Shown: in pieces, positions 1-8,403 of the stretch | How the letters are laid out: the number at the start of each line of letters is the position of its first letter | Numbering within the stretch: position 1 is the first letter of the stretch | From: Myxococcales bacterium | GTDB taxonomy: Bacteria > Myxococcota_A > Polyangia > Nannocystales > Nannocystaceae | Reading direction: 5' to 3' | Assembly (NCBI GenBank): GCA_020633335.1 | Contig: JACKDU010000002.1 | Span: 122,730-186,729 of the forward strand | Length of the DNA stretch: 64,000 bases | Position numbers and translations under genes: made by a program | Notes under the pieces: generated by a model | The model's input: only the letters and a program-made list of their open reading frames with translations | Database searches by the model: none | Told to the model about the DNA's origin: nothing

Positions 1-2112
1 GTCGCCCTTGAGGGTCGCCGTCGGCTTGAGGTCGCCGGGGGTGACGACGAAGGGCGCGGAGCTCAGCTCGTACTCGCTGGTCGCCGCGCCGTCGAAGGCC
101 CGCCCGCGGGCGACCAGGCGGTAGGTGCCGGCCGGGAAGTCGACCGGGATCTCCCAGGCGACCTCCCAGTGGTGCTTGCGGCTCGCCGCGATCTCCCCCT
201 TCGGCGTCGGGTCGCCGGTGTACCAGGTGATCATCGCGTCGCGGCGGTTGTCGAGGACCGCCGCCGGCCAGCCGCCCGGCGAGGGCGCGGGGACGAAGGC
301 GCCGCCCTCCTCGCGGAGCACCGTCACGTGCGGGGCGTCGACGCTCGGGTCGCCGCCGCCCCAGGCGAAGCGCGCCGAGTCCATCCGGCTGACCTCGGGG
401 ACAGGTTCCTTGAGGATCACGCCGGCGTCCTCGCTCGCCTCGAGCGCCCGCGCGTCGAAGGGCTCGCCGGTCGAGAGGTTGGGGCTCTCCTCGGAGAAGT
501 CAGGCCCCGGCACGCCGGCGACGAGGTCGTCGATCAGCTCGGCCTGGAGCTCGACGAAGGTGCGGGCGGCGAAGGGCCCCCACAGGCTCATCTCGGTCTC
601 GTAGCCCCCCTGGAACCAGTCGTCGGGGTGGGTGAGGTAGAGGAGGTGATCCTGGGAGTAGCCGAAGACGATCGGATCGAGCGCCCGATCGGCGATGAGC
701 TCGCGCGCGTACTTGACGACCGAGTGGGTCGGCTCGCCGGGCATCGTCACCAGCGCGAGCTCGTCGAGGAGGGCGGCGCTCATGTAGACCTGGTGGACCT
801 CGCCGTGGGGGATCGGCGCCCCGAGCGACTCGAGGAGCGCGCCGACCGACATGCACTCCTTGGGCTTGCCCTCGAGGCTGGTCGCCGGGTTGTTGTCGTC
901 GACCCCGTCGCCGGTGCACTGCCAGCCCCCCCAGGTGTAGGGGGTGCCGCCCTTGGAGACGAACTCGGGGATCTTGTCGTAGCCGAAGGTCTCGTAGCGG
1001 AGGTCGTGGCGGCGCGAGCGGACGCTGAGCGCGAGCTCGGGGCGCCACTCGATCGAGTTGTAGAGATCGATGATCTTCGGCGCCGCCGCCCCGCCGAGGA
1101 TCGCCGCCTTCTGCTCGGTGCGGTGGCCGAGGAAGCCGCCGGCCGGCGACGCGTCGCCGCCCCCCGACTGGATGAACATCCCGAGGATCGGCTGGCCGGT
1201 CGCCGCGTAGAAGGCCTCCTCGAAGCGGAGCTCGAGGCCCCCGGCCGCGTCCTCGGTGATGATCTCGTTGTCCGAGTCGAAGAGGGTGCCGTGCATCCCG
1301 AAGTTGATGATCGTCGCCATCGCCTCGCCGCCGGGGCGCCGGACCGCGACCAGGGTGAGGCGGGGATCCTTGCCGTAGGTCGGGTCGTTCTCGCCGCGGC
1401 GGTCGCGGTAGATCCGATCGTCGTCGTCCCAGCCATCGGCCCAGGCGTAGCCCCACTCGGCCGGCCCGAGGTCGTCGATCGCCGCCTTGATCGTGTCGGC
1501 GAAGGCGACGCTCATCCGCTCGATCACCTCCTCGTCCGGCGAGTCGGCGCCGATCAGCCCGAGCGCCGACGGCAGGCGCCAGTAGCGGGCCTGCGTGTGG
1601 TGGGAGTGGGTCGCGCCGGTGATGATCCGGCCGCGGAGATCGATCCCGTGGCGCTCGAGGAGCTTGGCGGCGGTCCCCTCGGTCAGCGACGCCTCCGAGC
1701 TCATCGTCGGGACCTTGAGGAGGACCAGGCGCTCGCCCTCGACCTCGAGGACCATCGCCTTGATCGACGGCGACTCCCGGAAGCCGCGCGAGCCGTTGAG
1801 CTGGTCGTTCCACGGGGTCCGGTTGACGACCGTGCGGCCGCCGTAGCCGGCCATCGACACCCCGACGGGGCCGTCGAGGAAGCCGAGGGCGACCCCGGCC
1901 CGCAGCGGCCCCGCCGTCGGCGGGACGTTGTCCTCGCCGGTCGTCGAGCCCTCGGTCTCCGCCCCTGACGTGGTGGTCACGGCCGTCGTCCCCGAGCTCG
2001 TCCCCTCGGTCGCCGACCCGCTCACCTCCCCCGGCGGCCCGCCGCAGGCGAGGCCGAGCGCGGCCCAGAGTGGCGTGGCGACGAGCGGGGGCGGGACGCG
2101 GAGTCGGAGCAT
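1..2112 (-). CDS. neutral/alkaline ceramidase-family lipoprotein; C-terminus runs off the window start
   Basis: Minus-strand codon periodicity (G/C at + triplet position 1) from ATG at 2112 to the window edge. N-terminal lipobox LGLAC plus a Ser/Thr/Gly linker. Segments GVSMAGYGGR and VVKYARELIADRALDPIVFGYSQDHLLYLTHPDDWFQGGYE resemble neutral ceramidase. Track ORFs 169..1968(+) and 500..1813(-) are wrong-frame. Confidence 0.6.
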   Translation of the reverse strand, partial: MLRLRVPPPLVATPLWAALGLACGGPPGEVSGSATEGTSSGTTAVTTTSGAETEGSTTGEDNVPPTAGPLRAGVALGFLDGPVGVSMAGYGGRTVVNRTPWNDQLNGSRGFRESPSIKAMVLEVEGERLVLLKVPTMSSEASLTEGTAAKLLERHGIDLRGRIITGATHSHHTQARYWRLPSALGLIGADSPDEEVIERMSVAFADTIKAAIDDLGPAEWGYAWADGWDDDDRIYRDRRGENDPTYGKDPRLTLVAVRRPGGEAMATIINFGMHGTLFDSDNEIITEDAAGGLELRFEEAFYAATGQPILGMFIQSGGGDASPAGGFLGHRTEQKAAILGGAAAPKIIDLYNSIEWRPELALSVRSRRHDLRYETFGYDKIPEFVSKGGTPYTWGGWQCTGDGVDDNNPATSLEGKPKECMSVGALLESLGAPIPHGEVHQVYMSAALLDELALVTMPGEPTHSVVKYARELIADRALDPIVFGYSQDHLLYLTHPDDWFQGGYETEMSLWGPFAARTFVELQAELIDDLVAGVPGPDFSEESPNLSTGEPFDARALEASEDAGVILKEPVPEVSRMDSARFAWGGGDPSVDAPHVTVLREEGGAFVPAPSPGGWPAAVLDNRRDAMITWYTGDPTPKGEIAASRKHHWEVAWEIPVDFPAGTYRLVARGRAFDGAATSEYELSSAPFVVTPGDLKPTATLKGD

Positions 2113-2246
2113 CGTCGCCAGGCTAGCAGCCCACGGGCGCCATCGCGCGAGGTCTCGAAGAGCCGAGGAATGGGGTCAAACACCCCCATATAGCGCGACG
2201 CTCGAATTCGGCAGTATGGTCGACGGGGCCAGGAGGCCCCCACACG

Positions 2247-4148
2247 ATGCCACGGATCTCGACGACAACCGCGACCCTCCTCTCCTCGCTCCTCACCGCC
2301 GCCTGCGCGGGCTCCGGCAGCGAGACCCAGACGACCCAGGGATCGAGCGACTCGGCGAGCGAGACCGGGACGAGCACCTCGGCCTCGACCTCGTCGTCGA
2401 CGACGTCGGTCTCCACGGTGACCAGCGCGAGCGCGGGGAGCAGCGGCGACTCGGACACCGAGGGCAGCACCGGCGGCCCCGACGAGCCGATCGTCCCCGG
2501 CCTCTCGTGCCCCGGCGATCCCAGGGGCGCCTGCGACGACTCCCCGGGCGCGCCCCTCGAGGCCGGCGCGGCGGTCGTGTCGATCCTCCCCCATTGCTGG
2601 GAGAGCTGGATCGACCAGAACGAGAACTCGGTCTTCGAGTCGACCAAGGACGTGCTCCTCGACTGCGGCTGCGACCGCCTCTGCCCCGGCGATCCCGGCT
2701 ACGTCGCCCCCGACGAGGGCGAGGGCGACGGCGAGCTCCAGCCGATCTGGCTCGCCGGCTTCGGCAACGGCCGCCCGGCCGCCGGGATCCGCGACGCCAA
2801 GACCGGCCTGGTCGGCGACGGCGACGGCTGGTGGGCGCGGGCGCTGGTCCTCCGCCAGGGGAACACGACGGCGGCGATCGTCAGCATCGACACGATCGGC
2901 CTCTTCAACGACGACGTCGTCCTGGTCCGCGAGGAGCTCGAGAAGCGCGGGGTCGAGATCGACCACCTGATCGTCCAGGCGATCCACAACCACGAGGGGC
3001 CCGACACGATGGGCCTCTGGGGCGCGCAGTTCCTCAAGGGCACCGGCTACATCGAGGCCTACGGCGAGCAGGTCCGGATGGCGATGGCCGACGCGATCGA
3101 GGGGGCGATGCTCAAGGACCTCCGGCCGGTCGCCCACATCACGGTCGGCGAGGTCGACATCTCGACCTACCACGAGAACGGCGTCGCCAACGTGATCAGC
3201 GATCACCGCGACCCCTGGGTGGTCGACGAGTTCCTCTCGGCGGCCCGCCTGGTCGACGGCGAGGGCGGGACGATCGCCAGCCTGATCTCCTACGGCTGCC
3301 ACCCCGAGACCCTGGCCGACGACAACCTCCTGATCACCGCCGACTTCGTCCACGCGCTCCGGCGGACGGTCGAGGAGGGCTCGATCTGGAACTCCGCGCC
3401 GACCAAGGAGGGCTTCGGCGGCCCGGCGATCTACCTCAACGCCGCGGTCGGCGGGATGATGACGACCCTCGGCGTCGAGGTCCACAACCCCGACGGCGAC
3501 TCCTACAAGAGCGCGACCTTCGAGAAGGCCGACTCGATCGGCCAGCTCCTCGGCGAGATGGCGATCGACGCGATCGAGAACGGCGAGGTGATCGACGACG
3601 CGCGCCTCTCCTTCGCCAACGTCGAGTTCTACCCCGAGGTCCTCAACACGACCTTCCAGCTCCTCTTCGACACCGGGGTGCTCAAGCGCACCACCTACCC
3701 GCCGAACGAGGGGAGCACGAAGATGCGGATCAAGACCGAGATGTCGGTGCTCAACCTCGGGCCGATCCAGATGCTGACGGTCCCCGGCGAGCTCCTCCCC
3801 GAGCTCGCGGTCGGCGGCTACGACGGCTCGCGGATCAACGCCCCCGGGGTCCCGCTCATCGACCCCAACAACACCAACCCGCCGAAGGTCGACCAGGCGC
3901 CGGCCGGCCCCTACATCAAGGACCGGATGGGCGGCACCTACCGCTGGATCATCGGCCTCGGCAACGACGAGCTCGGCTACATCATCCCCGACTACGACTA
4001 CGTCCTCGCCGACTCGATGCCCTACGTGAACGAGGCCGAGGGCGACCACTACGAGGAGACCAACTCGCTCGGGCCCCACATCGCCGGCCTCGTCGACGCC
4101 CACGCGGCCGCCCTCGCGGCCTGGTCGAAGGAGCACCTCGAGCGCTAG
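2247..4148 (+). CDS. neutral/alkaline ceramidase-family lipoprotein (paralog, divergent to previous gene)
   Basis: 633-aa ORF. Lipobox LLTAAC plus a Ser/Thr-rich linker. Motifs WARALVL, HNHEGPDTMG, SYGCHPETL and LGNDELGYIIPDYDY are consistent with the neutral ceramidase fold. Confidence 0.55.
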   Translation: MPRISTTTATLLSSLLTAACAGSGSETQTTQGSSDSASETGTSTSASTSSSTTSVSTVTSASAGSSGDSDTEGSTGGPDEPIVPGLSCPGDPRGACDDSPGAPLEAGAAVVSILPHCWESWIDQNENSVFESTKDVLLDCGCDRLCPGDPGYVAPDEGEGDGELQPIWLAGFGNGRPAAGIRDAKTGLVGDGDGWWARALVLRQGNTTAAIVSIDTIGLFNDDVVLVREELEKRGVEIDHLIVQAIHNHEGPDTMGLWGAQFLKGTGYIEAYGEQVRMAMADAIEGAMLKDLRPVAHITVGEVDISTYHENGVANVISDHRDPWVVDEFLSAARLVDGEGGTIASLISYGCHPETLADDNLLITADFVHALRRTVEEGSIWNSAPTKEGFGGPAIYLNAAVGGMMTTLGVEVHNPDGDSYKSATFEKADSIGQLLGEMAIDAIENGEVIDDARLSFANVEFYPEVLNTTFQLLFDTGVLKRTTYPPNEGSTKMRIKTEMSVLNLGPIQMLTVPGELLPELAVGGYDGSRINAPGVPLIDPNNTNPPKVDQAPAGPYIKDRMGGTYRWIIGLGNDELGYIIPDYDYVLADSMPYVNEAEGDHYEETNSLGPHIAGLVDAHAAALAAWSKEHLER

Positions 4149-4157
4149 CCCGAAGAG

Positions 4158-4173
4158 ATGTCCATATGGACAT
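4158..4173. repeat. perfect 16-bp palindrome ATGTCCATATGGACAT (member of the TGTCC..GGACA family), 18 bp upstream of the HupE-like gene start
   Basis: Read directly. The sequence equals its own reverse complement. GACATGTC and GTCGAC palindromes overlap and follow it. Confidence 0.8.
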
Positions 4174-4190
4174 GTCGACGAGGACATAGG

Positions 4191-5445
4191 GTGCGGGCGC
4201 CGGGATCGAGGCGGGCGCGCGGGCGGCGCAAGCGGCGCGGGCGCGCGAGGCGGGGCCTGGCCCTCGCCCTCGTCGGCGCGGCCCTCGGCCTCGCGCCCTC
4301 GGCCGCCGCCGCCCACAGCGTCGGCCTCTCGCAGGGGAGCTACCGGGTCCGCGGCGCCGAGGTCCAGGTCACCCTGACCTTCGCCCGCGGCGAGCTCCGC
4401 CGCCTGGTCCCCGGCAGCGACCGCGACCGAGATGGCGAGCTCTCCGAGGGCGAGGTGCTCGCCGGCGTCGCCGACCTCGAGGCGCGGGCGCTCGCCGGCG
4501 TAGAGCTCGCCCTCGACGGCCGCCCCTGCGTCGGCGCGCTCGAGCGGGCCGCCCTCACCGAGGAGGACGGCCTCGAGGTGACGATGACCTTCGCCTGCCC
4601 GGCGGCCGGCGAGGCGCTGACGATCACCCTGCCCCTCCTCGGCGAGCTCGGCCCCGGCCACCGCCACGTCGCTCGGGTGATCCCGCCGGGGAGCGACGAC
4701 GCCCGGATCGAGCGGGTGCTCGGGCGGATGCGGCCGCGGGTCGAGGTCGGGCTGGCGCCGCGACCCGCCCGCCCCGGGCCGCGGAGCCGCGCCCACCCGC
4801 GGCGGTCGCCGAGCCCGAGCCCGCGCCGACGCGCCCCGCCGAGGCGCCCGCCCCGCGTCCGAGCGCGGGCCCGAGCGCGAGCGCTGGCCCTACTTCGCCC
4901 TCGGCGTCGAGCACATCCTGATCGGCGCCGATCACCTGGTCTTCCTCCTCGGCCTGGTCCTGGTCCGCGACCGCCTCCGCGGGCGGATCGCCGTGATCAC
5001 GGCCTTCACCGCCGGCCACTCCCTGAGCCTCGCGCTCGCGGCCCTCGGCGCGCTCCTCCTCTCGCCGGCGATCGTCGAGCCGGCGATCGCCGCGTCGATC
5101 ATCTACGTCGGCGTTGAGAACGTGGTCCTTGGGACAGATCGCGAGCAGGGCCGCTGGCGCCTCACCCTCCCCTTCGGCTTCATCCACGGCCTCGGCTTCG
5201 CCGGCGCCCTCGCCGAGGTCGGCCTGCCGCCGGGCGAGGAGGCGCCCGCCCTCGCCCTCTTCAACCTCGGGGTCGAGGCCGGGCAGCTCCTCGCCCTCGC
5301 CCTCCTCCTGCCGCTCCTCGCCGCCCTGGACGCGCTCCCGGGGCTCCGGGCGCGCCCCTGGCGGCGCTGGCTGAGCCTGGCGATCGCCCTCGCCGGCGCG
5401 CTCTGGCTGGTCGAGCGGGTCGCCGGATCGGCGTCCGCCGCCTAG
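4191..5445 (+). CDS. HupE/UreJ-family metal (Ni/Co) transporter with an N-terminal periplasmic extension; reading frame broken twice (about 4760-4860)
   Basis: GTG start with an Arg-rich n-region and signal peptide, then AAAAHS. DRDRDGELSEGE is an EF-hand/dockerin-like acidic loop. The C-terminal part has HupE/UreJ signatures WPYFALGVEHILIGADHLVFLLGL and FNLGVEAGQ. Three frames must be joined to connect these parts (ORFs 4158..5117 and 4993..5445 plus a third frame). Confidence 0.55.
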
Positions 5446-5584
5446 TGCCGCGACCGCGACGTATCGACCCACCTCGCGTGGTCTCGCCGCCGCTGGCGTT
5501 GTTGCTCGTCGGTTGCAGAGGCCCGATCTGCGCCCTCCCGATCCCGGCGCGAGCTGGATCGATACGTCGCGGTCGGGGCACTAG
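5442..5584. repeat. 143-bp element bounded by 26-bp terminal inverted repeats (CTAGTGCCGCGACCGCGACGTATCGA / TCGATACGTCGCGGTCGGGGCACTAG, 25/26 match); MITE-like or long bidirectional terminator hairpin
   Basis: Inverted repeats read directly. The terminal CTAG of each arm contains the stop codon of HupE (5443-5445) and of the M24 peptidase (complement 5581-5583). Because of the mirror symmetry, both flanking ORF-track ORFs begin MPRPRRIDP. Confidence 0.6.
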
Positions 5585-6885
5585 CCGACGCCGAAGGGAT
5601 CCTCGATCGAGCGCGAGAGCGGCCCGAAGACCTCGACGCCCGATGGCGTGATCGCGACGATGTCCTCGATCCGGATCCCGAACTCGCCGGGGACGTAGAT
5701 CCCGGGCTCGTTCGACATCACCATCCCGGGCGCGAGGACGACCTCGGCGCCGCCGACGAGGTAGGGGTCCTCGTGGACCTGGAGGCCGATCCCGTGGCCG
5801 AGGCGGTGGGTGAAGCGGCGGTAGCCGGGGCCGTGGCCGGCGGCGTCGATCACCTGGCGGGCGATCTCGTCGATCGATCCGCCGCTCACCCCGGGGCGCA
5901 TCGCCGCCAGCGCGGCCGCCTGGGCGGCGTGGACGACCTCCCAGGCCGCCCGCAGCTCGGCCGAGGGCTTTCCCGTGAACCAGGTCCGGGTGACGTCGGA
6001 GCGGTAGCCGTGGAGCGAGCCGCCGGTGTCCACCAGGATCGCGTCGCCGGGGCTGAGCACCCGCTCGATGTTGGTCCCGTGGGGGAAGGCCGCGTTCGAG
6101 CCGACCAGGACCAGGGTCCAGACGTCGGTGAGGCCGGCGGCCTCCTGCGCCTCGCGGACCAGCTCGGCGATCGTCGCCTCGCTCATCCCCACCCGGATCT
6201 CGGCGGCCGCCCGCCGCAGCGCCTCCTTGGTCGCCTCCGAGGCCCGCCGCAGGAGCGCGAGCTCGGCCGGGCTCTTGATCATCCGGCAGCCGCTGAGGAT
6301 CCCGGCGTCGATCTCGAAGTGGGTCTGGCGGGCCGCCTGCCGGAGGGCGTCGACGACGAAGAGGCGCATCGCCGGATCGACCGCGACCCGGCCGAGGGCG
6401 GCGAGGCGCGCGGTGATCTGGGTGTAGGGCCCCTCGTGCTCCTCCCAGAGGTGGATCTCCCCCTCGTCGCCGACCCGCTCGCCGAGGGTCCCCGACTCGA
6501 AGGCGGGGCCGAGCCAGAGCGGCGCGCCCTCCACCGGCAGGACGTAGAGGAGCGGGCGCTCGCTCTGCCCCCAGCGGACGCCCGTGAGGTAGTAGAGGCT
6601 GACCCCGGCCTCGAGGACGATCGCGTCGACGCCGATCGCCCGCGCCAGCTCACGGGCGCGCTCACGGCGGGCCGCGTACTCGCTGGCCTGGATCGGCTCG
6701 GCGTCGACGCAGAAGGCGGCGAGGCCGGCGAAGGGGCCCCCACGCGGCGGCGTCTCCCGCGAGAGCTCCTCGTCGGCGGCGCTCCACGCTTGCCGACGGC
6801 CCGCGCAGCTCAGAGCGCCGAACCCGAGCCCGAGGCCGGCGGCGAAGCGGCGACGTGACCAGGGAGGCGCGATAGGATTCTCCAT
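5581..6885 (-). CDS. M24B Xaa-Pro aminopeptidase/creatinase-family peptidase with Tat signal
   Basis: Start MENPIAPPWSRRRFAAGLGLG carries a twin-arginine motif. HRLGHGIGLQVHEDP and SNEPGIY are metal-binding motifs of the M24 family. It is the real C-terminal part of the long track ORF 5581..8337. Confidence 0.8.
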   Translation of the reverse strand: MENPIAPPWSRRRFAAGLGLGFGALSCAGRRQAWSAADEELSRETPPRGGPFAGLAAFCVDAEPIQASEYAARRERARELARAIGVDAIVLEAGVSLYYLTGVRWGQSERPLLYVLPVEGAPLWLGPAFESGTLGERVGDEGEIHLWEEHEGPYTQITARLAALGRVAVDPAMRLFVVDALRQAARQTHFEIDAGILSGCRMIKSPAELALLRRASEATKEALRRAAAEIRVGMSEATIAELVREAQEAAGLTDVWTLVLVGSNAAFPHGTNIERVLSPGDAILVDTGGSLHGYRSDVTRTWFTGKPSAELRAAWEVVHAAQAAALAAMRPGVSGGSIDEIARQVIDAAGHGPGYRRFTHRLGHGIGLQVHEDPYLVGGAEVVLAPGMVMSNEPGIYVPGEFGIRIEDIVAITPSGVEVFGPLSRSIEDPFGVG

Positions 6886-6921
6886 ACCACACGCCGTCGA
6901 CCGGCGGCGCCGAACGAGCCG

Positions 6922-8391
6922 ATGAACGACCGATCCCCCGCCCCGCTCGAGGGCACGCCGCGCGAGCGCGAGGCCTGGCTCGCCGCCGCCGCGGCCTTCG
7001 TCCGCGAGCAGCTCGACAGCCTCGAGGACGCGCCCGCGCAGGGCCTCGTCGGCGCCGAGGCCAACCGCCGCGCCCGCGAGCTGAGCCCGCCGATCGCCGA
7101 GGCGCCGCTCGAGGGCGGGCTCGAGGGCGCGCTGGCGATCCTCCGCCAGGCGATCCCGCTCTCGCTCAACGCCGCCGGCCCCGGCTACCTCGCCTACATC
7201 CCCGGCGGCGGCCTCCCCCTCGCGGCGATCGCCGAGCTGATCGCCGGCGCGACCAACCGCTACACCGGCACCGCCGCGCCCGCGCCCGCGCTCTGCCGCC
7301 TCGAGGCCGACGTCCTCGCCTGGCTCGCCCGCGAGTTCGGCTACGGCCCCGACGCCCGCGGCCTCCTGACCTCGGGGGGCTCGATCGCCAACCTCACCGC
7401 GATCGTCACGGCCCGGGTCCACGCCTTCGGCGACGACGGCGACTACCGCCGGGCGATCGCCTACACCTCGAGCCAGGCCCACCACAGCGTCGCCAAGGCG
7501 CTCCGCCTCGCCGGGATCCCGGCGGCCAACCTCCGCCTGGTCGAGGTCGACGAGGCGCTCGAGCTCCGGCCCGCGGCCCTGCGGGCGGCGATCGCCGCCG
7601 ATCGTCAGGCCGGCGCGCGCCCCTTCCTGGTGATCGCGGCCGCCGGCACCACCAACACCGGCGCCGTCGATCCGCTGCCGGAGCTCGCCGCGATCTGCCG
7701 CGCCGAGGGCCTCTGGCTCCACGTCGACGGGGCCTACGGCGGCGCCTTCGCCCTCAGCCCCCGCGCCCGCGCCCGCCTCGCCGGGATCGACCGCGCCGAC
7801 TCGATCACCTTCGACCCCCACAAGGGGATGTTCCTGCCCTATGGGACAGGTTGTCTCCTGGTCGCCGACGGCCAGCGCCTCGCCCGGGCCCACGCCGGCG
7901 GCGGCGACTACCTCCAGGACCTCGCGTCGCTCGAGGACGAGGGCGAGGCGCCGAGCCCCAGCGCCTACGGCCCCGAGCTCAGCCGCTCCTTCCGCGGCCT
8001 CCGCCTCTGGCTGCCGCTCATCGTCCACGGCGCGGCCGCCTTCCGCGACGCCCTCGACGAGAAGATCGAGCTCGCGGCCGCGATCGAGGCCGGCCTGCGG
8101 GCGCGGATCGCCGCCGGCGCGCCCCTCGAGATCCCGACCCCGACCCGCCTCAGCGTCGTCGCCTTCCGCCTCCGGCGGCGCCCTGGCGAGGCCGCCGACG
8201 CCTGGGATCGCCGCAACCTCGCGCTCCTCGCCGGGATCAACCGCCGCCAGAGCGTGCACCTCTCGAGCACCCGCCTGCCGATCCCCGGGGGCTCGATCAC
8301 CACCCTCCGGGCCTGCGTCCTCTCCTTCCGGACCCACCGCCCGCGGATCGATCGCCTCCTCGCCGACCTCGACGCCGCCCTCGCCGACTAG
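6922..8391 (+). CDS. PLP-dependent group II decarboxylase (aromatic-L-amino-acid/glutamate decarboxylase family)
   Basis: SGGSIANLTAI, and DPHKGMFLPYGTGCLLV with the PLP-lysine in the D-x-HK context. Length is 489 aa. Confidence 0.75.
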   Translation: MNDRSPAPLEGTPREREAWLAAAAAFVREQLDSLEDAPAQGLVGAEANRRARELSPPIAEAPLEGGLEGALAILRQAIPLSLNAAGPGYLAYIPGGGLPLAAIAELIAGATNRYTGTAAPAPALCRLEADVLAWLAREFGYGPDARGLLTSGGSIANLTAIVTARVHAFGDDGDYRRAIAYTSSQAHHSVAKALRLAGIPAANLRLVEVDEALELRPAALRAAIAADRQAGARPFLVIAAAGTTNTGAVDPLPELAAICRAEGLWLHVDGAYGGAFALSPRARARLAGIDRADSITFDPHKGMFLPYGTGCLLVADGQRLARAHAGGGDYLQDLASLEDEGEAPSPSAYGPELSRSFRGLRLWLPLIVHGAAAFRDALDEKIELAAAIEAGLRARIAAGAPLEIPTPTRLSVVAFRLRRRPGEAADAWDRRNLALLAGINRRQSVHLSSTRLPIPGGSITTLRACVLSFRTHRPRIDRLLADLDAALAD

Positions 8392-8403
8392 CGCGCCGGA
8401 GCC

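Noticed and set aside
169-1968. Long + strand ORF (599 aa), overlapping - ORF 500..1813, and similar ORFs such as 2022..4796(-), 5773..6858(+), 8297..9211(-), 10764..12128(+), 12912..14252(+), 22693..24648(-), 52466..54331(-) and 59713..61527(-)
   Set aside because: They are Arg/Ala/Gly/Pro-rich, low-complexity translations typical of wrong-frame or antisense reading in about 72% GC DNA. The opposite-strand or alternate-frame ORF carries recognisable motifs and the expected GC3 bias.
4158-4173. Palindromes interpreted as Fur, NikR or other metalloregulator operators
   Set aside because: The same half-sites recur at many unrelated gene ends with spacers of 4, 6 and 8 bp. A transcription-factor operator would keep fixed spacing, so repeat or terminator function is more likely.
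3982-4173. ORF 3982..4173(-), ORF 5261..5581(-) and ORF 5445..5651(+) as small genes
   Set aside because: Their identical N-termini (MSIW... / MPRPRRIDP...) arise from the palindromes and inverted repeats themselves. The translations are otherwise Arg/Pro-rich noise.
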